Positions 51,690 through 63,755 of a stretch of DNA of 64,000 nucleotides are shown here, piece after piece. The notes under the pieces were generated by a model that saw only the letters and a list, made by a program, of their open reading frames with translations, was not told the origin of the DNA and did no database searches. This DNA is from Eledone cirrhosa (taxonomy: Eukaryota): assembly GCA_964016885.1 (NCBI GenBank), contig OZ024743.1:20894001-20958000 (forward strand). The letters run 5' to 3'. Both the position numbers and the translations under genes were made by a program. The stretch's first letter is position 1, and the number at the start of each line of letters is the position of its first letter.

Positions 51690-52766
51690 TATGATCTATA
51701 CGCGGATATTTTACGTCTTGATGTGGTAGCTAAGTATATGTTATATTTATACCATTACTTATTTCTATAGGTAAGTATATATTACCTGTATGTTTTGTGA
51801 AGGTACGTATATTTGATTGTATATGTTATGGCGTATATTTTACATATTCTGGTACATATGCTTTTGGTTATGTGTATACGTGAGTTTTGCGTCTATGTGA
51901 GTATGCGGGTTCGTACGTATGTAGGGTGTGTGTATATGTGTACTTAATGTTTTGGTTGACGTACGTCTCTGAACATGTGTATTTACATGTAGGTATGTGT
52001 GTGCGCTTGTTATATACGTATTTATTTATTTATATACGTTTATTTAATAATGTGTATACCTATGGCGAGTGTTTTCGCGTATGCTTGTGTATGTACTATA
52101 AGGATGCGTGTATGTATTTATTTAATTTCTATTACCTCTGTATTTTATTTACTTTATTCTTAACTCTGAAGCGGAGAATCATTCGGTTTCCTAGTTAGAA
52201 TTTTAGTCTACGACTTCAGTTATACCATTTACGTGGTTTTGTCTCCACGCTCCACATATGACGTATTATCTTCGTTTTTTCCGTTCATTGCCAGATAATG
52301 TCTCTATGAACCACCTAATAGAATATTAGTCTACGACTTCTTTTATACCACAAACGTGGTTTTGTCTTTGCGTGTAATTGATTTTCACCGCTCCAAATAA
52401 TGACGTATTATATTCGTTTTTTTCCCGTTCTTTGCCAGGGAACGTTTCCACGAACCAAAGTATCGTCTTCCTGTCTTCCTCCGGTTGCAACGTTTTTAGA
52501 AATATTCACGTCTGCGTTCACAGATTGACTTTGTTAGTTTCAGAAGATCCCGTTAAGGGTGAAAGCAACGATTCTTTGCTTAAACTTTAATCTGTTATTT
52601 TAATAAATATTTACTCTGCGGTTTTTATATATTTGATATATATTTATCCTTATCAAGCCCTCTTTGGATTTTAGTCTTCAAATTTATTATTATTACTATA
52701 TATATATATATATAGACATTCATATATCTATATCTATATATATATATTTATCATACATGTATATAT

Positions 52767-55065
52767 CATCATCATCATCATCATCAACGTTTAACGTCCG
52801 TGTTCCACGCTTGCATGGGTTTGGACGGGGGTTTTCCCACTTGTGGCAAGAGTGATTGTCTTGCTCGCATAGGACTGTCTGGCAGGTTTTCTACAGTTGG
52901 ATGCCCTTCCTAACACCAACCACATTTACAGTGTGGGTCTGGGAGGTTTTTACCGTGTTGCCTACACGGCCACATTACAGCGTGGACTGTGTGTTTTTTT
53001 GTCGTGACACCTACACGATCTCATTTGTTTAGGCCTGGATGGTGTGGCACCAACATAACTTTACAGAGAAGGGGGCGGTGTGGATGGGGTGGGGGTGGTG
53101 GGACGGGGGTGTATTTTGTTAGAGATGCCTACTGACTGTAGTAGGTTTTACTTTATATTTAGGTAAGGCGGGTCTTCTCTATTACTGAGTACCGCCAAAG
53201 GTCTCGGTCCAGTGACATTGTCTTGGTGAGGTGTAAGTGTGTGAGGTCGGAGTTTATCAGCTCGTCCCAGGTTTTTCTGGGTCTGCCTATTCCGTGGCTA
53301 CCGTCTATCTTTATTGCCCTGCACTTTGTTATACAGCTATCGTCCTTCATGCGCATCACGTGACCATACCAACGTAGCCTTCTCTCTAGTAAACAACATC
53401 TGATCCCTCTTATTTCTAATTTTTTCCTTAGTTCGTTTATGCTTTGTCGTTCATGTATATTACTATTACACATCCAGCGGAGCATGCAAGCTTCGTTTCT
53501 CTCTAGTCTGCGTATATCCTCTGCACACAATGCCCAGGTCTCACTGCCATGCAACATTGCTGTTCGTATGCAGGCATCGTACAACCTGCCTTTCATTTTT
53601 AGGGAGAACCCTTTAGCGGCTAATAGTGGTATAAGCTCTCTGAACTTTTTCCACCCAGTTCTGACTCTAGCTACTGTACTTTCAGAGCACCCTCCCCCAC
53701 TGCTGATTTTGTCACCCAGGTAACGGAAGCTGTCCACTATTTCTATAGAACCCTCTGCGCAGTTGAAAGAGCTAGTATTTTGTGGGCACTTGCCGCTACT
53801 TATTGCCCCAGAACACTGGCCACATGTAAAATCTATGTTCTTAGTTAGCTTACCTGTGATCCCACTACATCTTTTATGAACCCAAACTTTGCATTTGGGA
53901 CACAAAATGGAATTTCTACCTACGCCTTTCCTACACTCTGCGCATGGCCACTTCCCGGAGGGGACCGCCGCCTTATTTTCTTTCTTACAAACTAGAACTT
54001 TAGTCTTAGCTAGGTTAATTTTAAGGCCTTTTGATTCTAGCCCGTGCTTCCATGTTTGGAATTTCTTCTCTAGCTCGGCCATTGATTCAGCTATGAGCGT
54101 TAGATCATCTGCGTATAGGAGTTCCCATGGGCAGCCGGTCTTGAACTCCACTGTTATAGCCTGGAGGGCAATAATAAATAGTAGGGGGCTAAGAACAGAG
54201 CCCTGATGAACACCAACTTTTACACTAAACTCTTCACTATATTCGTTGTTAATTCTAACCTTGCTGACTGTTTCTTTATACATGGCTCTCACAAGCCATT
54301 CATCAACACCTAGTTTTCTAAGAGCCCACCAGATAATGGAACGGGGGACTCTGTCGAAGGCCTTCTCCAAGTCGACGAAAGCTAAGTATAGGGGTTTACT
54401 TTTAGCTAGGTACTTCTCCTGTAGTTGTCGTACAATGAAAACAGCGTCTGTGGTACTTTTTCCTGACACAAACCCGAACTGCATTTCATCTAGATCAATT
54501 CGCTCTCTGATTAGTTGCGCTATTACTTTTTCCGTGACCTTCATGACCTGGTCGATTAATTTAATGCCTCTATAGTTACTCCTATCTAGGGCATCTCCTT
54601 TACCCTTATAACAGTTAACGATAATGCTGCTACGCCAGTCCTTCGGAACAACCCCATTCTGTATGACTTGGTTGACTATCCGGGTGACCATGGTGTGTCC
54701 CACCGTACCAGATGCCTTCAGCATCTCGGCAACTATTTCCGAAGGCCCAGCCGCCTTGCCTGTCTTCATATCTTTGATTGCCTTACTTATTATACTACCC
54801 TCGACTAACACTGCTGGTCCCTCTATTGGATCGATGTGGGGGAGACTGTCTTTCTCCCATTTAGTAGCCTTTCATAGTGACACTTCCAAGCTACCTTCTC
54901 ATCGGCGTCGGTGATGGCAAGTACGCCGTCATCGTTAAGTACACACTTCTCCCCAACAATATCACTGTTTTCCTTGACACATTGCCTAGCAATCCTGAAC
55001 ACCTCACGTTTTTGGTCCTCACGTTGTAGAACATGCTTGAACTTTCTTTCCTCTGCTTCCCTTCA
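52767..55065 (-). mobile_element. 5'-truncated RTE LINE, same family as 5602-7700
   Basis: (CAT)n tail at 52767-52785, 3' UTR, RT ORF 53159-54811, additional upstream sequence to ~55065. Confidence 0.93.
53159..54811 (-). CDS. RTE reverse transcriptase with PHD-like finger (truncated ORF)
   Basis: Same motifs as 5629-7290; 3-codon deletion (RAIQAMY to RAMY). Confidence 0.9.
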   Translation of the reverse strand: MLVEGSIISKAIKDMKTGKAAGPSEIVAEMLKASGTVGHTMVTRIVNQVIQNGVVPKDWRSSIIVNCYKGKGDALDRSNYRGIKLIDQVMKVTEKVIAQLIRERIDLDEMQFGFVSGKSTTDAVFIVRQLQEKYLAKSKPLYLAFVDLEKAFDRVPRSIIWWALRKLGVDEWLVRAMYKETVSKVRINNEYSEEFSVKVGVHQGSVLSPLLFIIALQAITVEFKTGCPWELLYADDLTLIAESMAELEKKFQTWKHGLESKGLKINLAKTKVLVCKKENKAAVPSGKWPCAECRKGVGRNSILCPKCKVWVHKRCSGITGKLTKNIDFTCGQCSGAISSGKCPQNTSSFNCAEGSIEIVDSFRYLGDKISSGGGCSESTVARVRTGWKKFRELIPLLAAKGFSLKMKGRLYDACIRTAMLHGSETWALCAEDIRRLERNEACMLRWMCNSNIHERQSINELRKKLEIRGIRCCLLERRLRWYGHVMRMKDDSCITKCRAIKIDGSHGIGRPRKTWDELINSDLTHLHLTKTMSLDRDLWRYSVIEKTRLT

Positions 55066-55104
55066 TTCATATACCTGCATACATGCACACACACACATAA
55101 ACAC

Positions 55105-55155
<51 letters not shown>

Positions 55156-57128
55156 CATGTATACATATACCTAAATACACATACTATAATATTAAATATT
55201 AACTTTAGGTAAAAACCAGAAAATATCTACATTTCAAAAGACTCCAAGACAATATCGACAAGCACATTCGTACCAAATTTACATATATGTCATGTGGCTT
55301 ATGGTATATATGTAAATATCATTCCATTTACATATATCTAAATGTCATTTATGACACATATTGATAGTATATGCATAAGTCATATATGTAATAAATTCAT
55401 GTATATGAATGTCACAAAGTCTCAACTTTGACTTTATTGCATGACACCTTGAACATGTGTAGCCTCAGGCAAAACCAAGTATTGGAAGAGAAATTGACTA
55501 GAATAAAATTGTATGGAACTATGTTGGGCAGACGATAACAGCAAAACAAAAAATTTTTTTTAAAGCTGATGCTGCAAGGGAAATAACTTTGTATAGTGCT
55601 GAAAATAAAAGGTAGTCCAAGTAAAGTTGGAAACAGCTTTTGTTAGAAAAAAATGGCCACACATTGCACATCAAATTCCTGCTGGATTTTTTCAGGAACT
55701 GTAGTTGAGTCCCTCTTATGAAGTGAATGCTTCAAAACAGCATGTTTCACACACTTTTTCTCAAAGATATCACATCCATACTTGATCTTTCTCTATGATG
55801 TACGGTCTTCAGCCAGTCTCTCCCATTTTTCCATATCTATCTTCAGAGCTTTAAGATTGTCTTAAAACCAAATCAGTGTGATATTTAGATGCCAATGCTG
55901 AACATTTAGATTATAGATACAGTCTATCTCAGAAGCTTCCACACAGTTTCCATCTACCAAATTTCACTGCTAAGACTTGGGTCAGTATTTGTGATAAATA
56001 AACCTGCCCAGGAGGCTACACAGTGGAATTAAACACAAGACCTCATGATTGTAAAGCAAAGAGCTTTATCACTCAGCCTTGCTGGATTCAGGAAGGAGTT
56101 TTTAGTCATGTGAGGGATTTGACAACCTCCCTTGTGCTGGTACCATGATGAACCTTCTCAGTATACTCTGCAAAATAGCTGGTGTTAGGAAGGGCATCCA
56201 GGTATAGAAGCCACACCAGAATATAATATACAAATGAGATACATACATACATTACTGACACTACTATTTCGATGAGACTTATATGTGAGTTAGTAAAATA
56301 TTTATGAAAACATACTACCTGCATACATTTCAATAGTTTATAGTTTTCTTTCAACTATCTATATTTCTCTTCATTTACATAATTCTTGTTATTTTACATT
56401 AGTATAGCAATGATGTAACTGAATATCATGTCTAAGTATCATTTTGAAATGTTGCTTTACACCAAAAACTAAAAGTTACTTTACACATCTTAACTTACAC
56501 TAAATTAAATAAACTACATTGTTCTTTTACTGCACCCATTCATGTCAATGTCTGTGAAATGTAGTGATAAACTTGATTACATTCATTTGATGGCAATGCT
56601 GAAAACTCAATTATCATGTAGTCTATACAGTAGCTTCAGTAAATAAAAACACAAATATGATTTTGTTCTTTTTATGAGATATTTCTTTCCTATAAGAACA
56701 GTTTTTGACTCATTAATTCCTCATCCTTTTTAAAGAATAATCCATTGCTGAAACCAACGTTGTCTTCAATCCATCAGTAGAAACACATAAAGAAGATACC
56801 GTATGATTGTGAATAGATTATATCACTAATATGATTTAATACTTTCATCTTGGAATATATGGAAAATTATTCCCAAGCAAAAATGCAAAATCTTTAGTTG
56901 CATTTAAAAGAAGAGCAGACCTACTGTGCATATGAAAGCAAATATTTTTTTCTTTAATTTAATTCAAGTATATCATCATATGTTTTTTCTATAACTTTCT
57001 GTCTTTTTCTCACACATACACATGTATGCACATATCCAGATGTACACACGCACACATATATATATATTCTGGATATGTGTATGTGTATGTGTTTGTATAT
57101 ATATATATATATATATACAAACACATAT

Positions 57129-57162
<34 letters not shown>

Positions 57163-57163
57163 A

Positions 57164-57610
57164 TGGAGGCATGTGGCCTAGTGGTAAGGATGATGGGCTT
57201 ATGATCATAATGTCATGGGTTCAATTCCTGAGTTGTGGAGGGCATCCAGCTGTAGAAATCAAGCCAGATCAGTTCCTGTATGAGCAAGGCATGGTCAGCC
57301 GACCAGACACTGCCCACAACAGGACAACCCGTCTAACCCATGCTAGCGTGGAAGAACGGACGTAAAACGGTGATGATGATGATGATGATGATGTGTTGTG
57401 TTCTTGAGCAAAACACTTCATTTCACGTTGCTCCAGTATACTCAGCTAAAAATGAGTGCCAGCAATAGCTGTAGTTTTAACCCTGCAATGGACTGGTGTC
57501 CTGTCCAGGGGAAAGTCTTGTACTCTTATGGCTTCACGCCATGAAACCAGGATAAGCAGCACCCAAATGAGCCTTCTGGCTTAAGACAGACTTTAGACTT
57601 ATATAAAGAA
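57164..57610 (+). mobile_element. tRNA-derived SINE interrupted by an RTE-type 3' tail (57238-57393)
   Basis: A-box tggcctagtgg, B-box gggttcaattcc; the core tgttcttgagcaaaacacttcatttcacgttgctcc resumes after the (GAT)n tract. Confidence 0.7.
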
Positions 57611-59039
57611 CCCCTTTGGCATTTGCACCTAGAAAACTGTCCTCCGAGGTGCAAGTCCAGGCAAGTTTGTTTATGGAAGACCAGCAGTCACCCATACATA
57701 CCAATCTCCCCTCCTCATGCCACCGATGTTGTCCAAGGGAATGGTATTGGCTGATACAGCTTGGCACCAGTGATGTCGCAACACATTTCTACAGCTCAGT
57801 AAGGCATATGGCTTTGAAACAAAGCTTACATGTATTTCTGCACTTTATAGTTTTCATTTGGTGTGTTTTATCTGTGCACCAACTCTAGGGAGGAGGTTAT
57901 ATCTTTGACATAATTGTAGAGTCCTCTCAACCCTTTGTTTGATAAGTTTTCTATGGATGATTGCACTCCATTATACTAACCACATTACAGAGTGTACTGG
58001 GTGCATTTTTATAACATCAGCACTAGAGAGATTATCATGTTTGTGATGTGACTAAAGAGTCCTCTCAACACTTATGATATGCTTTCTAAGACTGGATCCC
58101 CTTCATAACACCAATCTTTTTACATAGTCTACTGAATCTATTTTATTGTGGCACCAGTAATAAGAAAGTTGTTGGCCACTGACTCAATTGAAGGGCTCTT
58201 TACCCTCTGGGTTGGAGAGATGATGACTTGTCCTATGTGAGATGTGTTAAGGGAGAATCAAGAGTAAGAAAGATGATCAGCATGATATCAAGAGTGAATA
58301 TCAATAGGTGGGAAAAGCAAAGAACAAATATAATGTCATGAATGTATGACAAGTGTAATGTGATGGGTGTATGACAATTGTGATTAGTTTTTCAGGGTAA
58401 TGCAAGAAAGGAAGTGTGTGGGCTGACCTTGGATAGAATGAGGGTATAGTGCTGATGAGAACAGACACTAAGGAGCTGTGACTGCTTTAGTAGGATTTAA
58501 CAGGATGATGAGAAAAAGAAAGGTGTGAGAATAGTTGCTAAGTAATTATGTTGGACAGGGGGTGCATGAATGGGTCAGATCACATTCACATACTGGTAGA
58601 TAAGACTTTGCCAGTACAGCATGTCTTCAATTCTCACAGTCATTTGTCATGTTTGTCATAAGGTCAATCTACACTTCTTCATCACTTCTCTTCTTAGGTC
58701 TACCACTTCCATAAGTCGCCATCCACTGAGATTATTTTGCATGTCTTTTCTCTTGCACATTACATTGCTCTTATGCCTAGTTATCCTAACAGTGACACTA
58801 CCTCCCTGGATATTATCTATCCTGTTCTTACTCTGGCTACTATACTTTCTGAGCATCATCCACTACAACTGATTAGCTGTGCTGGGTAGAAAAAGCTTTC
58901 AATGACTTCAGTCCCACTATATATCTTGCATCCATAGAATTTCTGCCAATTCCTCTTTGACATATTGAACAAGGACGTGTCTTTGACAATATCAGAGTTT
59001 TATGTTCTTTTCTTCTATATACATATGCATATATACTAC

Positions 59040-59083
<44 letters not shown>

Positions 59084-59268
59084 ATATATATATATGGAGT
59101 CATGATAAAAGCATCCAGTTCATACTGTAAATTTGGTTAGCATTAAGAAGGGCATCCAGCTGTAGAAACCAAGCCAAAACATGGTTCTTAGACCTGTTTA
59201 CCTCAATAGGACAGCACATCTAACCCATGCTAGCATGGTAAATGGATGTTAAACGATGATGGTGATAT

Positions 59269-59299
<31 letters not shown>

Positions 59300-60670
59300 C
59301 ATACGCACACGCATACACACACACATATATATAAATCTATTCATCCATACACATATATATATATATGAATATATGATTGACACTATTCCATTACACTGGA
59401 ATTGGGGAACATTAAAGTTATACATCCTAGAATTAGATGGAATATTCCAGAAATATATTTCTTTAGCTGTATTGCTATTGCCACATATAATATTTCACAA
59501 GTGATTATTTTATCATTTGAAAACAAATTTAGATTTGTTATTAGAATGTTATCTCTGATATATAATATTTGTTTGATATTTTTGCTGTAGTATTTTTTTG
59601 AAATGTCTGTTATCATCAAACATGATGTGATTCATATAATTCACTCAAATAATATTTGTTCTTCTATCATATAAGTGTTATTGATGTATTATTATCTCTG
59701 ACTATTACTATATACTGTGAATAGCATTTCCCATTCTTCCATATTAAAACATGATTGGACAAAATTGAAGATATGAGTTCAGTAGGGTAGAATATATGGT
59801 ATAGTGATTATCCAACTCTTCGTGTACTCAAGCTGATATTTCATAGTACTAAATTTTCTGTATTTATGTTTTTTGTGTATGTGTGTGTGATTGTGTATGT
59901 CCTATCGGTATATTCTTTTCTCGTATTCTTTGTATGTAAGAGAAGGTAAAATGTATTATATATATATTCCTCTAAGAGCAAATAAGACTTTGTATTTTTT
60001 TCATCCCTGTTTTTATTTTGTTTCATTTATCAACTATATATATATATATGCATATGTGTGTGTATACATGTTTATTTGTATATATTCATATTTGAGAATA
60101 CTTTCAATAATTTAATGTAAGCCATAAAATATATCAATACTCATCTCAGACCTGAAACTGTATTTTATTATATATATGTGTGTGTGTGAGCACATGCATG
60201 TGAGTATAGATGGGTTAGACAAATCAAGAGATCACATCTTGTTAGTATGATCCATTTTTGGCTTGGTTTTCCATAGCTGGATGCCATTCCTAATGCTAAC
60301 CACCTTACAGAGTGCATTGAGTGCTTTTTTGTAATAGCCCCAGCCCTACCACCTTCCAGGGTATATTGGATGCTTCTTTTCATAGAACCAGCACTGCCTC
60401 CTTACAATATTAGGGTGCTGAGTGTGTCAGGCTGGGGAGGCAATGATGGGAGTGGATTGCAGATGTTGGGGAGGGACATTCTACTATGGATGAGAGAAGG
60501 AAGCATAATAAACAGAGTGGGAAAATTCTTGAAGCAATTACTTCTGTTGGTAATTAAATACTTCAGATTAACAAGCATATTCTGTGATGATTACTTACTA
60601 AGTGTGATACTTCAAAGTAGTGAAATGTTGACATTAGATGCAAGAAGATATCATTTGACATTAGATATTA

Positions 60671-61167
60671 CTAGCAAAAAAACCACCCTTCGAGTGGTTT
60701 TCTGCTAGCATGTGTAGTGTGCATATTGATATTATACGCAAATATATATGCATGTAGATATGAAACATCAAATAAAATCGTAATTGACAATATACACAGA
60801 AATTGAACGTTGACTGCGTTACACTGTCTTATGTAATCAATAACATAATCCATGATACATTAAAAAAAGACGATATTATATATAAACTGCATTAGGAGAA
60901 AATTAGTGACGGAAATATATGAATGTTTATTTAAGCGATCGCTAACCGGAAGTGTTGACATTTGAAAATTTTAAAGAAGTGAATCTTAAAATAAGCAACA
61001 AAATTATTTATATTAAGAATTTTAATCAAGAATAACGAAATTTAGTGGATAAATTATGCAATATTCATTCATTATTTATTCAAAGTAATCCAACTTATTT
61101 TACAAATGGGATAAAAAAAATATATTCTGGACGCAGTCCCGCACTCTTTACTTTACTATAGTTTAGA
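60671..61167 (-). mobile_element. Non-autonomous Helitron (497 bp)
   Basis: Minus strand A|TCTAAACTATAGTAAAG ... AAAACCAC(tcgaagg)GTGGTTTT-tttg-CTAG|T: 5' TC, subterminal hairpin, 3' CTAG, A|T target, no TSD. Confidence 0.78.
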
Positions 61168-61228
61168 TTTGTATAATTAAGTACTTAGTTCTCAGAATAC
61201 ATAGATACACACACACACAAATATATAC

Positions 61229-61274
<46 letters not shown>

Positions 61275-61456
61275 GTATGTATATATATATATGTATATAT
61301 ATATGTATATATATATATATATATATATAAATATATATATATATACATATATATATACATATATAGATATAGATATAGATATAGATATAAATACATATAT
61401 GTAAGTATGTATGTATACGTACATACATATATGTATACAGACAGACGTACAGTAGC

Positions 61457-61524
<68 letters not shown>

Positions 61525-61651
61525 GTATCAGTTTACCGAACATTTATTATAATGTTCGCTTTGTTCGTTTGTAAACAAACGGACAGCCTGATTTACGCCG
61601 TACAGTGTTCAGGCAACCACGTCACCTTTTTGTTCAACACTGACACAGGAA

Positions 61652-61692
61652 CGATGTACTACTTTCCAGCTTGTTAGCTATCGTCAGCACCG
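61652..61692 (-). ncRNA. Type I hammerhead ribozyme, array unit 1 (variant stem III)
   Basis: CGGUG-CUGACGA-U-AGCU(aaca)AGCU-G-GAAA-GUAG-UA-CAUCG. Confidence 0.75.
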
Positions 61693-61943
61693 TATACCTT
61701 TCTGCCAGATGGTTGAACGTTCAAAAGTATATACTTTCCTTATGAAAATTAACGGCTGAGCAGCCTAATTTGCATATCGAGTGAGTTCAGTCGGCCAGGC
61801 GCACCGAAAACGATAAATGGAATAGAATGAAACGAAATTTCATTTCTCACTCTTAGTAAGGCACTTACTTAAATGTAAGTATGTATGTATACGTACATAC
61901 ATATATGTATACAGACGTACAGTAGCATGTATGTGTGTGTGTG

Positions 61944-62011
<68 letters not shown>

Positions 62012-62160
62012 CAGTCACGCATATATATATGCACGTATCACTTTACCAAACATTTATTATAATGTTCCTTTGTTCGTTTGTAAACAAACGGACAGCCTGA
62101 TTTACGCCGTACAGTGTTCAGGCAACCACGTCACCTTTTTGTTCAACACTGACACAGGAA

Positions 62161-62201
62161 CGATGTACTAGTTTCAAGCTTGTTAGCTATCGTCAGCACC
62201 G
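62161..62201 (-). ncRNA. Type I hammerhead ribozyme, array unit 2
   Basis: CGGUG-CUGACGA-U-AGCU(aaca)AGCU-U-GAAA-CUAG-UA-CAUCG. Confidence 0.9.
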
Positions 62202-62594
62202 TATACCTTTCTGCCAGATGGTTGAACGTTCAAAAGTATATACTTTCCTTATGAAAATTAACGGCTGAGCAGCCTAATTTGCATATCGAGTGAGTTCAGT
62301 CGGCCAGGCGCACCGAAAACGATAAATGGAATAGAATGAAACGAAATTTCATTTCTCACTCTTAGTACGGCACTTACTTAAATGTAAGTATGTATGTATA
62401 CAGACGTACAGTAGCATATATATATATATATATATATGTACATACAGGCACACATATATATATGCACGTATCAGATTACCGAACATTTATTATAATGTTC
62501 GCTTTGTTCGTTTGTAAACAAACGGACAGCCTGATTTACGCCGTACAGTGTTCAGACAACCACGTCACGTTTTTGTTCAACACTGACACAGGAA

Positions 62595-62635
62595 CGATGT
62601 ACTAGTTTCAAGCTTGTTAGCTGTCGTCAGCACCG
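62595..62635 (-). ncRNA. Type I hammerhead ribozyme, array unit 3
   Basis: As unit 2, with C instead of U at the first stem II position. Confidence 0.88.
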
Positions 62636-63050
62636 TATACCTTTCTGCCAGATGGTTGAACGTTCGAAAGTATATACTTTCCTTATGAAAATTAACGGCT
62701 GAGCAGCCTAATTTGCATATCGAGTGAGTTCAGTCGGCCAGGCGCACCGAAAACGATAAATGGAATCGAATGAAACGAAATTTAATTTCTCACTCTTAGT
62801 ACGGCACTTACTTAAATGTAAGTATGTATGTATACGTACATACATATATGTATACAGACGTACAGTAGCATGTATATATATACATATATATATATACATA
62901 CAGGCACACATATATATATGCACGTATCAGTTTACCGAACATTTATTATAATGTTCGCTTTGTTCGTTTGTAAACAAACGGACAGCCTGATTTACGCCGT
63001 ACAGTGTTCAGGCAACCACGTCACCTTTTTGTTCAACACTGACACAGGAA

Positions 63051-63091
63051 CGATGTACTAGTTTCAAGCTTGTTAGCTATCGTCAGCACCG
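63051..63091 (-). ncRNA. Type I hammerhead ribozyme, array unit 4
   Basis: Identical to unit 2. Confidence 0.9.
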
Positions 63092-63328
63092 TATACCTTT
63101 CTGCCAGATGGTTCAACGTTCGAAAGTATATACTTTCCTTATGAAAATTAACGGCTGAGTAGCCTAATTTGCATATCGAGTGAGTTCAGTCGGCCAGGCG
63201 CACCAAAAACGATAACTGGAATAGAATGAAACGAAATTTCATTTCTCACTCTTAGTACGGCACTTACTTAAATGTAAGTATGTATGTATACGTACATACA
63301 TATATGTATACAGACGTACAGTAGCATG

Positions 63329-63362
<34 letters not shown>

Positions 63363-63520
63363 CATACAGGCACATATATATATATGTACGTATCAGGTGA
63401 CGTGGTTGCCTGAACACTGTACGGCGTAAATCAGGCTGTCCGTTTGTTTACAAACGAACAAAGCGAACATTATAATAAATGTTCGGCAAACTGATACGTG
63501 CATATATATATGTGTGCCTG

Positions 63521-63591
<71 letters not shown>

Positions 63592-63704
63592 GCTACTGTA
63601 CGTCTGTATACATATATGTATGAACGTATAGATACTTACATTTAAGTAAGTGCCGTACTAACAGTGAGAAATGAAATTTCGTTTCATTCTATTCCATTTA
63701 TATA

Positions 63705-63754
<50 letters not shown>

Positions 63755-63755
<1 letters not shown>

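Larger units (their letters stand above)
48957..52697. mobile_element. Second PLE family: 5'-truncated, head-to-head inverted duplication (minus arm 48957-~51047, plus arm 51048-52697)
   Basis: Both arms encode KHFPPTHKYSKIFNRNTIKISYS..CNCRNQVDCPLSGKC..IVYKC..YIGLTANRFKQR..CDLCAAE (GIY-YIG; ORFs 50283-50705 - and 51030-51689 +) and ~1 kb 3' UTR. The spacer 50926-51047 continues the minus copy (IIWYKPPY). Confidence 0.93.
61399..63701 (-). mobile_element. Tandem array of hammerhead-containing non-coding units (retrozyme-like), ~4.3 units plus an inverted partial unit (63395-63701)
   Basis: Near-identical units with HHR-to-HHR periods of 509, 434 and 456 bp, differing mainly in TA-tract length. 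One intact-looking HHR per unit, no credible ORF. Confidence 0.88.

Noticed and set aside
52538-52580. Hammerhead-like CAGAAGA-UCCC(guuaa)GGGU-GAAA in the second PLE 3' UTR (also at ~48990-49030 and ~40630-40667)
   Set aside because: The core has A at U4 in all copies, and I cannot form a convincing stem I or III. Possibly a variant, but not supportable.
60930-60960. ETS-type motif ACCGGAAGTG in locally CpG-rich DNA, suggesting a host promoter
   Set aside because: It lies inside the predicted non-autonomous Helitron (60671-61167); no exon or TSS support.
61399-63400. CRISPR array or snRNA/5S/tRNA gene cluster
   Set aside because: Units are ~450 bp and near-identical throughout, with no unique spacers or cas genes. 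I recognise no U-snRNA, 5S or tRNA sequence. The hammerhead explains the unit better.
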